Shown: positions 55,938 to 64,000 of the stretch, piece after piece
Position numbering within the stretch: position 1 is the first letter of the stretch
Layout: every line of letters starts with the position of its first letter
NCBI GenBank assembly: GCA_041750285.1
Contig: JBGSZS010000004.1
Location: forward strand, 96,001 to 160,000
DNA from: Candidatus Fermentibacteraceae bacterium
Lineage (GTDB): Bacteria; Fermentibacterota; Fermentibacteria; Fermentibacterales; JCC-6
DNA: 64,000 nt
Direction of reading: 5' to 3'
Translations under genes and position numbers: made by a program
The notes under the pieces: generated by a model
The model's database searches: none
Seen by the model: only the letters and a program-made list of their open reading frames with translations
What the model was told of the DNA's origin: nothing

Positions 55938-57779
55938 ATGCTTTCCTGGTTTCGGGATAACGCGAAGATATTCCTTGTAGCCATCATTGTCATCTTTGTC
56001 GTAATGATTTTCGTGGACTGGGGCTCCGGCCGGAACCGGACCTCCGGCGCCGAACGGATGGTCATCGGCTCCATCAACGGCGAGAGCATTCTCCCCGCAG
56101 CGTACGACGCCGCCCGGAACGAGGTCTACGCCTCACTGAAAACCCAGATGGAGCAGTCGGGCAATCCCGACCCCGAGAATGAACTGATGATCCTCTACAG
56201 CGAGATCAACGACGCGGCGTTCGACCTTGTCGTTGAAAGGACCATCCAGCGCGAGTTCATCGAAACGCTGGGCTGGAAACCCGTCGACATGGGGCTGGCC
56301 GAGCCCCTGGTGCGCGCGCAGATCAGGCTTGCCGGCATCCCCGACCCCGACACCTACCTCGAGCAGTTCAAGAACGACCCCAACTACGGCTCGGCGGCGT
56401 ATCAGCTTCTTGTCCAGGCCGAGCGCAGCCGCTTCGACTCCGCCATGAACCTGTTCAGGATGAACTCCCGGGCCGAAGCCGTATTCATGGCGCTCGACGC
56501 CTACACCCAGGTTCAGGCCAGGTACATTCCGTTCAGGGCCACTCCTCCCCTGCCCGACAACGACCAGCTCGCGGCCTTCTACGAGGAAAACCCCGAGCTC
56601 TTCACTCTCGCCCCCAACGCCGTCCTCAGGTACGCGACCATCCTCATCCCGCCCACCCCCGAAGACGAGGCGTATTCCCTCAACCTCCTCGATTCGCTCG
56701 CCATGGCAGGGGGGGGGGCTCCCGACACACTCAGTCTGACCCGGCGCCAGATGCTCGAGAACCTCCAGTGGAACCTCGACCTGACACCCGGGAACCTCTC
56801 GGCGCCCTTCATCGGCCGGTCGCTTCAGAACCCGCAGAGTTCCATTTCGTCCTGCCACTCCGTCGAGCTGCTTCAGCTTTCACCGGGTCCCGAAGCGGAC
56901 GGAATGGAAGACACGCTGCTGATAGTTCACTGGGAGCTTCCGGCATATCCCAGCCGCGAGACCATAAGGACCACCCTGTGGCGCATCCAGGACCTTCGCG
57001 AAAGCCTTCTGCAGTCCAGCAATCCATTCGTGGCGGAAGACCTTCCGATAATCGACTGGGGCGAGATGGAGATCACCGAGGACACGCCCCTCACTCCCGG
57101 CCTCAGCCGCGCCGTGGTTTCGTTCGCGCTCGACACGGTCTGGACCGACTCGCTCGGACCGGTCTTCTACAGCCCCAGCTACGACGGAAGCTACCCGGCA
57201 CTCACCGTCGTAAGAAAGCTTTCCCAGAGCCCCGGCGGCCAGCTCACGCTGCAGGAGGCACTCGACAGCGGCCGGCTTCTTGTCGAGGCCTACACCAGCC
57301 TTCAGACCGCCGAGGCTTTCGAACTGGCCAGCCAGGCGCTCGCAAGGTGCAGTGCCACCGGCTTCGACCTCGCCATGCTCGCTGAATCAGACTCTCTGGA
57401 GCTTTACACCACACCGCCGTTCGCACCGATGTCCGTCAGGCTCTGGTCAGGTTCGGAAGAGGCCGCCTACCGTGGTCTTCTCGGCTGCGCCGGTTTCGCC
57501 GACGTCGCCGCGCTGGCGCCCGAGTTCTCGGTCACAGGCCCCTTCAGCAACAGCGGCGTGGTATACCTTGCCGAGATCACGGGAAGGACCGAGCCGAGCC
57601 TCGATGCCGACCCCGGCATGCTGGCCTCGATCTACCTGTCGCTTGAACAGGGCCGCAGCCAGGACTTCAACCGGTCATTCCTTGGCATACTGAGGGAATC
57701 GGCGGACATCGAGGACCTGCGGGACCGGTTCTACGCCACCGTGGACTCACTGCGCGCAGCCGACAGCGACACCCTGTAG
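55938..57779 (+). CDS. PpiD/SurA N-terminal-domain periplasmic chaperone-like protein
   Basis: M..FR.NAKIFL..I..IFV..IF.DWG, IGSINGESI, FYEEN.E.F, C-terminal LRESADIEDLR..F. Confidence 0.75.
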   Translation: MLSWFRDNAKIFLVAIIVIFVVMIFVDWGSGRNRTSGAERMVIGSINGESILPAAYDAARNEVYASLKTQMEQSGNPDPENELMILYSEINDAAFDLVVERTIQREFIETLGWKPVDMGLAEPLVRAQIRLAGIPDPDTYLEQFKNDPNYGSAAYQLLVQAERSRFDSAMNLFRMNSRAEAVFMALDAYTQVQARYIPFRATPPLPDNDQLAAFYEENPELFTLAPNAVLRYATILIPPTPEDEAYSLNLLDSLAMAGGGAPDTLSLTRRQMLENLQWNLDLTPGNLSAPFIGRSLQNPQSSISSCHSVELLQLSPGPEADGMEDTLLIVHWELPAYPSRETIRTTLWRIQDLRESLLQSSNPFVAEDLPIIDWGEMEITEDTPLTPGLSRAVVSFALDTVWTDSLGPVFYSPSYDGSYPALTVVRKLSQSPGGQLTLQEALDSGRLLVEAYTSLQTAEAFELASQALARCSATGFDLAMLAESDSLELYTTPPFAPMSVRLWSGSEEAAYRGLLGCAGFADVAALAPEFSVTGPFSNSGVVYLAEITGRTEPSLDADPGMLASIYLSLEQGRSQDFNRSFLGILRESADIEDLRDRFYATVDSLRAADSDTL

Positions 57780-57786
57780 CGCCTGT

Positions 57787-58731
57787 TCAGTCCGTAAGGT
57801 CGGTGCCGCTTCTGCTTCCCGCAAGCAGCCGCAGGAAGTAGGGGCCACCGACAAGGGCGGTGATGATCCCGATCGGAAGTTCACCGGGACTCACCGCCAC
57901 ACGGCTCAATATGTCTGACCACACCAGAAGGACCGCCCCTCCCAGGGCCGACAGGGGCACGAGCTTCCTGCAGTCACCCCCGGCGATCCTCCTGAGTATG
58001 TGGGGCACCACCAGCCCGACGAAACCGACCGGACCGACGGCGCCGACCGTGCCTCCCGCCAGGATGGCCGAGGCGGTGAGCATGACCGCCCTCTCGCGCC
58101 GGGTGTTCACACCCCTGGTCTCCGCAAGCTCTTCACCGGCGAGCATCTGATTGAGCGTACCGGTGCGGGTGAGGATCAGCAGCATGCCCAGGACGGAAAA
58201 GGGAAGCAGGAAGAAGACCCTTGAGTAACCTGCGGCGGCAAGGTCCCCCATCATCCAGCGGACTATCTCCATGAGCCTCGAGGCCGGGCTCAGGTATTCC
58301 ATCAGCAGAAGCAGCGACGCGCCCAGAACGTTCACGGTCACGCCGGCCAGGATGAGGGTGGAGCCGTCGCTTCTCCCCCTTCCCGCCAGTGAGGCCACAA
58401 GCGCCGTTGCCACAAGCGCTCCCGCGGTTCCGGCAAGCCCTGCCCAGTACCCCGAAAGCCCCGCGCTGAACAGGATGACGGCACCCGCCGTCACTCCCGC
58501 CCCGGCACTGACGCCCAGCGTGTAGGGCGTGGCCAGCACGTTCCTCAGGACCGACTGCAACACGGCACCGGCCACCGCCAGGCTTGCCCCCGCAAGCACG
58601 GCAAGGGCGGTCCTGGAAAGACGAAGTGATAAAACGACGCCGAGGGGGGCGTCGGGACCCATGGGCCCCGTCACGGCCGAAACCAGAACGCCCAGAAGAA
58701 GCAGAAGAAGAAGCCGGCGCAGAACGTTCAC
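57787..58731 (-). CDS. FecCD/BtuC-family ABC permease
   Basis: LRLSR, GASLAVAGAVLQ..LRN.LATPYTLGVSAGA, GPVGFVGLVVPH, GELPIGIITALVGGPYF. Confidence 0.92.
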   Translation of the reverse strand: MNVLRRLLLLLLLGVLVSAVTGPMGPDAPLGVVLSLRLSRTALAVLAGASLAVAGAVLQSVLRNVLATPYTLGVSAGAGVTAGAVILFSAGLSGYWAGLAGTAGALVATALVASLAGRGRSDGSTLILAGVTVNVLGASLLLLMEYLSPASRLMEIVRWMMGDLAAAGYSRVFFLLPFSVLGMLLILTRTGTLNQMLAGEELAETRGVNTRRERAVMLTASAILAGGTVGAVGPVGFVGLVVPHILRRIAGGDCRKLVPLSALGGAVLLVWSDILSRVAVSPGELPIGIITALVGGPYFLRLLAGSRSGTDLTD

Positions 58732-59513
58732 CGCGGCCTCCCGGCGGTCACGAGCCAGCCGCCCGTCCCGCCGTCATGCGTTACGGAAAGGGGGATGCCG
58801 TAGACCCTGCTCATGAGTTCGGGGGAGAAAACCTCCCCTGGAGTTCCGGAGGCGATGCACCTTCCGCCACTGAGAAGCAGCGCTCCGCTGAAGTGTTCTC
58901 CCGACATGCTCAGACCGTGGGTCGAGGCGAAGACCGAAACGCCTTCGCCTGCAAGGCCTTCGAGTATCTCCCACAGCATTGCGGTGTGTCTGTAGTCAAG
59001 GCCGCCCCCCGGTTCGTCGAGCAGGAGTACCGAGGGTTTCTGTGTGAGGACCGAGGCGAGGAACACCAACCTCTTCTCGCCACCGGAGAGGTTTGATACA
59101 AGCCTGTCGGCAAGATGGAGTATCTCACACTGCTCCATCACCTTCAGCGAAACCTCCCTGTCCTGCGCGGAGTCGGTGGACCAGGGCGACCTGAAGGGGT
59201 GCCGGCCGAGCAGCACGGTTTCCCTGACGTTCATGCCCTGGGGGACGGGCGGTTCCTGGGGAAGGTATCCCACCAGTGAGGCCCTTTCCAGCCCCGTGAG
59301 CCTCTTCATTGGCATACCGTCCACAAGGACGGCGCCGCTGCTCCAAAGCCATGGAAAACCCATTATTCCCTTGAGAAGCGTGCTTTTCCCGGCGCCGTTC
59401 GGGCCCAGAAGACCCCATATCTCTCCGGAACGCAGCGTGAAGTCAACGTCGGACACCGCCGCCGCGCGTCCGGGGTAGCCGGCGGAGAAACCCTTCAGAG
59501 TGAGTTCAGGCAA
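58728..59513 (-). CDS. FecE/BtuD-family ABC ATPase
   Basis: GPNGAGKST, LSGGEKR, LLLDEP, STH. Confidence 0.92.
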   Translation of the reverse strand: MPELTLKGFSAGYPGRAAAVSDVDFTLRSGEIWGLLGPNGAGKSTLLKGIMGFPWLWSSGAVLVDGMPMKRLTGLERASLVGYLPQEPPVPQGMNVRETVLLGRHPFRSPWSTDSAQDREVSLKVMEQCEILHLADRLVSNLSGGEKRLVFLASVLTQKPSVLLLDEPGGGLDYRHTAMLWEILEGLAGEGVSVFASTHGLSMSGEHFSGALLLSGGRCIASGTPGEVFSPELMSRVYGIPLSVTHDGGTGGWLVTAGRPR

Positions 59514-60358
59514 TCGGACAGCCTTTCAGCGATCTCGGGAAGCCTCGCACCCGGAATGAGCATGAAGCCGCCCTCGAGAACGAACACCCTCTCCCGCGGG
59601 AACCCCCTGTCTTCCCAGAAGTCCCGCCGGGCCTCCAGAAGCCCAAGGGGATCGGCTTCGTCAGGGGCCAGGAAGATCAGCGCGCCGGGATCCAGCCGTA
59701 GTATGCCCTCAACGGAAACATCCGGGTAGGTTCCCGCGGAGGGGGCTGAGAGCGAGCATCCGATTCCACGCAGAAGGTCCTCATAGAATGTGCCGTGTCC
59801 CGCCAGCGTGAACCTTCCGTCATCGCTGTGGAACACCACCACGGAAGCCGTCCCGCCTCCCTCCACCGTACTTTCCTCAAAGGCGCTCCGCAGCCTCTCC
59901 CGGAAGGGATCGAAAGATGCCTCGGGGTAAAGGGCCTCGAGGCTCTCGCATGAGGCCATGACATCGTCGAGCGTATCGAAGCTGTAGTGGTGGTATGGGA
60001 TACCCAGGTTCCGGGAGAGTTCCGCCAGCCTCGGGCTGTTCCCGACCGAATGGATGCTCGTGGCGGAAAGTGAGGCGACGGCCTCGGGGGATGGATCGAG
60101 GTAGCCACCTATCCGGGGGAGGCTGCACGCTTCGGGAGGCCAGAGCGTGTAGTCGTCCACCGCGGCAACCCGGTCCATCATCCCCCCCTCGTGAAAAAGC
60201 TCGACGAGGGAAGGCCCGATCACCACCGCCCTGACGTCCCCAACGGATGGTCCGGCGTCCCCCTCAGGGGAGCAGGCCGGTGTCAGGACCGCAAGCAGTG
60301 CCGGAAGCAGGTGAAGAATCGGGATAGAGGCAATTCCTGAGTTTGCCGAGCGCGTCAT
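59495..60358 (-). CDS. BtuF-like helical-backbone substrate-binding lipoprotein (start uncertain)
   Basis: Lipobox-like TPAC; PSLVEL, VAAVDDY..WPPEA..LPRIGGYLDPS.E, YP.VSVEGIL.LDP, PGARL. Confidence 0.82.
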   Translation of the reverse strand: MTRSANSGIASIPILHLLPALLAVLTPACSPEGDAGPSVGDVRAVVIGPSLVELFHEGGMMDRVAAVDDYTLWPPEACSLPRIGGYLDPSPEAVASLSATSIHSVGNSPRLAELSRNLGIPYHHYSFDTLDDVMASCESLEALYPEASFDPFRERLRSAFEESTVEGGGTASVVVFHSDDGRFTLAGHGTFYEDLLRGIGCSLSAPSAGTYPDVSVEGILRLDPGALIFLAPDEADPLGLLEARRDFWEDRGFPRERVFVLEGGFMLIPGARLPEIAERLSDCLNSL

Positions 60359-61250
60359 GCTCGATCTGCCTGACCCTTTCCACGGAAACCCCAACGATCT
60401 CCGCAACACGTTTCAATGTTTCGACACGGTCGTCCAGAAGGCCCAGGCGAAGCACGAGCACCGTCTTGCTTCTCTCGGGCAGCCTGTGGAGAGCTTCCGC
60501 GATCCGCCTGGCCTCCATCTCCCTGGCGACCTCGAGATGGGGCTGGTCGGGCGCGGGCGGGAGGCCGCCGGAGCCCTGGCAGTCGATCGAGACATGCTGC
60601 ATGTCGAGAAGCGAGAGGGCGAGCAGCCAGTCCATCTCCATCTCGGCGCACCGGCTCATCTCGTCGAGGGATGGAAGGCGCCCGTACTCGGCCACGAAGC
60701 CGTCCAGAAGGCTCCTTGCCTCTCTGCCCCTGCGAAGTGCGCTCCTCGGGACCCTGACCAGTTTGGACTGGCGGCTGACCTCCTCGATGATACACCTTCT
60801 TATGACGAACACGGCGTAGGTGCTGAATCCCGAGTAACCTCTCAGGTCGTGCTTCCTGGCGGCCATGAGAAGCCCCCTGCACCCCTCCTGCACAATGTCC
60901 ATGTCCTCGAGGGAGCCTATCCCCCCCTCGAAGTACCTTCGGGCGACATGAAGCACGAGCCGCAGGTGCCCCTCGACCAGTTCGGCCTCCATGTCGAGGA
61001 GTGCTTCCCGCAGCTTCGAGATGGCAGCGGCCGCCTCGGGTGACGCTTGTTCGATTTCGAGGTTGGCCCTCTCCTGCCACTCGCCCTCACCGGCGCTTCC
61101 CTGGCCCAGCAGACCCTCGAGGGCTTCGCGGCAGTCCCGCATCCTTTCCAGCAGCTTTTCCCAATGTTCGGTGCAGCGGTACCCCGCCCTGTTCACGCAG
61201 CGCTCGTAAACGCAGAGAGCGCCTTTCCCCCTGTCACTCTTTCCCCGCAT
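60264..61250 (-). CDS. Divergent sigma-70 family (RpoD/RpoS-like) sigma factor
   Basis: LVEGHLRLVLHVARRY, DIVQEGCRGL..AA.K.D, FSTYA, VRVP, region 4 LPERSK.VL.LRLGL...TL..V....VSVERVRQIE..AL.KLR. Confidence 0.85.
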   Translation of the reverse strand: MRGKSDRGKGALCVYERCVNRAGYRCTEHWEKLLERMRDCREALEGLLGQGSAGEGEWQERANLEIEQASPEAAAAISKLREALLDMEAELVEGHLRLVLHVARRYFEGGIGSLEDMDIVQEGCRGLLMAARKHDLRGYSGFSTYAVFVIRRCIIEEVSRQSKLVRVPRSALRRGREARSLLDGFVAEYGRLPSLDEMSRCAEMEMDWLLALSLLDMQHVSIDCQGSGGLPPAPDQPHLEVAREMEARRIAEALHRLPERSKTVLVLRLGLLDDRVETLKRVAEIVGVSVERVRQIEHDALGKLRNCLYPDSSPASGTACGPDTGLLP

Positions 61251-62913
61251 GCCTCCGCCTGTCGATATCGCCGATCTCCCCGGCCAGCTCGCGCATCTCC
61301 TCGGGAGAAGCGCCGGAAAGCCTTTGCCTGATCAGTGTCCGGAGGGACTTCAGCCTGTCGTCCTTCACCCTTTTCACGATCTTCTCCCGGTCTCCGGGTT
61401 TCATCCCTGTCACTGAGGATGCCAGTCGTGAACAGATGGAACCCTGTTCCGGTGAGAGCATTCCGAAATTGACGGTGGTGCAGCCTTCGTCCATCTGGCC
61501 CTGGAGGGCGAGGAAAAGGCTGCGCCCCGGTTCGGATCTGAAATCGCCGGGTTCGAGCCACCTGAGAAGGCTGCTGTCGAGCGCTCCGCCACCCACAACC
61601 GCCGATATGATGTCGCGGTCACCGCGGTCCAGCCCGTCGGCGCCGTCGGCAGGCTTCTTCTGCTCCTGGCCGTACTTCATTTTCAGGTGGTTCTCGAGTG
61701 ATGACCTGGAGAAACCCGACGTCTTCTCGACCTCCATCAGCAGCTGCTCCCTGGCGAGCGGGTCGGACGCCGCAGAAACTATCTCCATCAGCCTCTTTGC
61801 GGCTCTGACACCGGCAACGCCCCCGGGGAAACCCCCCGGCAGCAGGGAAACGCAGAAACCGACCGGTCCCGGAGCCCTCTCCACGAGTTCCATGAAGGCG
61901 CCCATGCCCCTGGAGACGATGAAGTCATCAGGGTCCATCCCGCCGGGAAGCCTTACTATCCGGGGAAGCCCCCCCACGGTGAGCACTGAAACGGCCGCCT
62001 TCACCGCGGCCTTCGTTCCGGCTTCGTCTCCGTCGTAGCAGATCAGAGTGTCGTCGGCCATGGAGCGCAGGGTACGGGCCTGGATCTCGGTCAGCGCGGT
62101 TCCGCACGTGGCAACGACTCCCTGGAAGCCCGAGGAGTATATCCTGGCGTGGTCGAAGTACCCCTCGACCAGGATCACCATGCCGGCTTCACGGGCCGCG
62201 GGCGCGGCCCCGGAGTAGCCGTACAGAATGCTTCCCTTGTGATAGACCCCGGTGTCGGGTCCGTTCAGGTACTTCGGTCCCGAGTCGGTAAGGGTCCTGC
62301 CGCCGAAACTGACGGTTCGGCCCCGCCTGTCACGGATCGGAAAGGTGAGCCTGTTCCTGAAGCGGTCTCGCCGGCTTTCCGTGCCCGGCACCAGAAGCCC
62401 TGCCTGCTCGAGCTGCGAGTCACTGTAGCCCCTCTCCCGCATGTATGCCGACAACCCCTCGGAGGAGTAGCCGATACCCAGTGCCTCAGCCGCTGCGGAA
62501 AGGCCCCTTCCCTCGACGTAGCTCCTCGCCGTGGCGCCCTCGTGCGAAAGGTACCTCTCTACGAACCACTTCTGGGCTTCCCGAAGGGCGTCGAGCAGGC
62601 CTGTCTCGGGTCCGGTCCAGGTGCCCCTGCCCTCAAGGGTGATGCCGCACTGGTCAGCGAGTTCCTCAAGGGCCTCCCTGAATGTCAGGTTGCCGTACCT
62701 CATCACGAAGGTTATCACGTCGCCGCCGGCCCCGCAGCCGAAGCAGTGCCAGGTGCCGGTGCCGGGAAAGACGTGGAAACTGGGTGTCTTCTCGTTGTGG
62801 AACGGGCACAGCCCCTTAAGCGACGAGCCGGACTGCTTCAGGTCTATGTGTCTGCCTATCACCGACATGATGTCGGAAAGCTGTTTGATCCTGTCGACGT
62901 CGCCGGGCATCAT
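61234..62913 (-). CDS. dnaG: DNA primase
   Basis: CPFHNEKTPSF...WHCFGCG zinc finger, DRFRNRLTFPI, FGGR, KYLN, VEGYFD, YDGDEAG, DPDD. Confidence 0.96.
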   Translation of the reverse strand: MMPGDVDRIKQLSDIMSVIGRHIDLKQSGSSLKGLCPFHNEKTPSFHVFPGTGTWHCFGCGAGGDVITFVMRYGNLTFREALEELADQCGITLEGRGTWTGPETGLLDALREAQKWFVERYLSHEGATARSYVEGRGLSAAAEALGIGYSSEGLSAYMRERGYSDSQLEQAGLLVPGTESRRDRFRNRLTFPIRDRRGRTVSFGGRTLTDSGPKYLNGPDTGVYHKGSILYGYSGAAPAAREAGMVILVEGYFDHARIYSSGFQGVVATCGTALTEIQARTLRSMADDTLICYDGDEAGTKAAVKAAVSVLTVGGLPRIVRLPGGMDPDDFIVSRGMGAFMELVERAPGPVGFCVSLLPGGFPGGVAGVRAAKRLMEIVSAASDPLAREQLLMEVEKTSGFSRSSLENHLKMKYGQEQKKPADGADGLDRGDRDIISAVVGGGALDSSLLRWLEPGDFRSEPGRSLFLALQGQMDEGCTTVNFGMLSPEQGSICSRLASSVTGMKPGDREKIVKRVKDDRLKSLRTLIRQRLSGASPEEMRELAGEIGDIDRRRHAGKE

Positions 62914-64000
62914 GAGCCGTCCTTCAGTATGACGATGGATGCGCCTGTGCCTCCCTCGGCGGGTGAAGCCTGGCCAAGGGTCTTCACACGGCGGTCCTTC
63001 TTCAGCCATCCCGTTACGAACGACATCAGGGTTCCCTTGCCGTGGACCACCCTCAACCTGAAAAGCCCGCAGGCCACAGCGCTGTCTATCCTCTCGTCCA
63101 GTTCACCGATGGCCTCGTCAACCGTCTTCCCCAGAAGGTTGACCTCATGGCTGCCCTGAACCGGAGCCCACTCCGAAGAAGGAACTGGCGCCGGCGCGGG
63201 ATCGCTCCTGCGGCTGAGAGAGCCGGCGGGACGGGTGAGAAGAAAGCTGCCGGACCTGACCCTTGCAGTTGCGCCGTCTATGCTCTCAACCCTGCCGGGC
63301 TGGTTCCAGCCCTCGATGTCGACCCAGTCGCCGGGTGAAAGCTCTCCCGGGGTACGGGACGCCGGTGCCAGCGCGGACCGTTTCCCCGCTTCACCACCGG
63401 GGGTTTTCGCGGTTTCCTTCTCAACGAGTTCCCTTATCTTCCTGCGGGCCTCCCTGGCTTCGCCGGGGTCAGCTCCGCCCCGCGAGATCACCGCCAGAAG
63501 AGAATCCGCCCTGGATGAGATATCCTGCAGCTTCCGCGAGTGTTCCTCACGGTTTAGCTCGATGAGTAGAGAAAGCTCTTCCTGAGCGTTCCGGTGCTCG
63601 ATATCCCTCTCCCGGGAGGCTTCGGCTTCGCGCCGCCTTTCCGCCGCCAGTGCCTCGGTCTCGCGGGTCCGGGCTTCATTGGTCATGGTCAGTTCCTGAA
63701 GCAGGTTGTCAAGCCTGAACGAATCGCCGGCGAGGACCCTCGCCCTCTCCAGAACGCCTGCATCGATGCCCGCGGCGCCCGCCACCTCGAGCGTGAATGA
63801 CGCCCCCGGTACGCCGTAGATGAATGAATAGGATGGAGTGAGCGTCTCCCTGTCGAAGGCAAGCGAGCCGTTCAAAAAGCCCGGGGTTTCCGAAGCCATT
63901 TTCTTCAGTTGTCCCATGTGGGTACTGACAAGGACCCTGACACCGCGGGAGGCGAGTTCGGCAAGCACCGCGGCGGCAAGGGCGGCACCGGTGGACGGGT
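62910..64000 (-). CDS. mutS2: MutS2 endonuclease, C-terminal part with Smr domain (5'-truncated by window edge)
   Basis: (D)PSTGAALA..VL, STH, GVPGASF.LEVA, coiled coil, NLLGKTVDEA...VVHGKG...EGGTGA. Confidence 0.92.
   Translation of the reverse strand, partial: PSTGAALAAAVLAELASRGVRVLVSTHMGQLKKMASETPGFLNGSLAFDRETLTPSYSFIYGVPGASFTLEVAGAAGIDAGVLERARVLAGDSFRLDNLLQELTMTNEARTRETEALAAERRREAEASRERDIEHRNAQEELSLLIELNREEHSRKLQDISSRADSLLAVISRGGADPGEAREARRKIRELVEKETAKTPGGEAGKRSALAPASRTPGELSPGDWVDIEGWNQPGRVESIDGATARVRSGSFLLTRPAGSLSRRSDPAPAPVPSSEWAPVQGSHEVNLLGKTVDEAIGELDERIDSAVACGLFRLRVVHGKGTLMSFVTGWLKKDRRVKTLGQASPAEGGTGASIVILKDGS

Noticed and set aside
1..64000. tRNA, rRNA, IS elements, integrases, prophage genes, selenocysteine read-through
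   Set aside because: None recognised by eye; no in-frame TGA interrupting a conserved domain was seen. A tRNAscan/Rfam/ISEScan run would be needed to exclude them formally.

Overview
GC-rich chromosomal segment of an anaerobic, diderm bacterium. A PorV-like protein and three secreted proteins with C-terminal T9SS-type/Ig sorting domains point to the FCB superphylum (Fermentibacterota-like; inference, not a database result). About 57 tightly packed CDS were called; no rRNA, tRNA, CRISPR array, transposase or prophage was recognised. Housekeeping genes include xseAB, miaB, glgB, thiC-like, asd, holA, dnaG and mutS2. Accessory functions include an aldehyde:ferredoxin oxidoreductase with its Fe-S partner, peptidases, a YtrA-regulated ABC operon and a Btu/Fec-type ABC importer. 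The best candidate for an undescribed system is the minus-strand cluster at 39.5-44.6 kb: acpS-like, acetate-activating AMP ligase, stand-alone carrier protein and a Kbl-type glycine C-acetyltransferase, followed after a terminator by a second Kbl paralogue, with an SDR-type threonine dehydrogenase 11 kb away. This suggests carrier-protein-bound acetyl transfer in threonine/glycine metabolism. The cluster's AcpS homologue has lost its catalytic residues. Other oddities are a sigma-70 protein at the dnaG-rpoD position lacking the WW melting dyad, a doubly degenerate EAL-CBS-GGDEF protein, a degenerate wHTH-nucleotidyltransferase, and an operon of two lytic transglycosylases flanking two large helical/TPR proteins. 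All calls come from motif reading by eye and need database confirmation.
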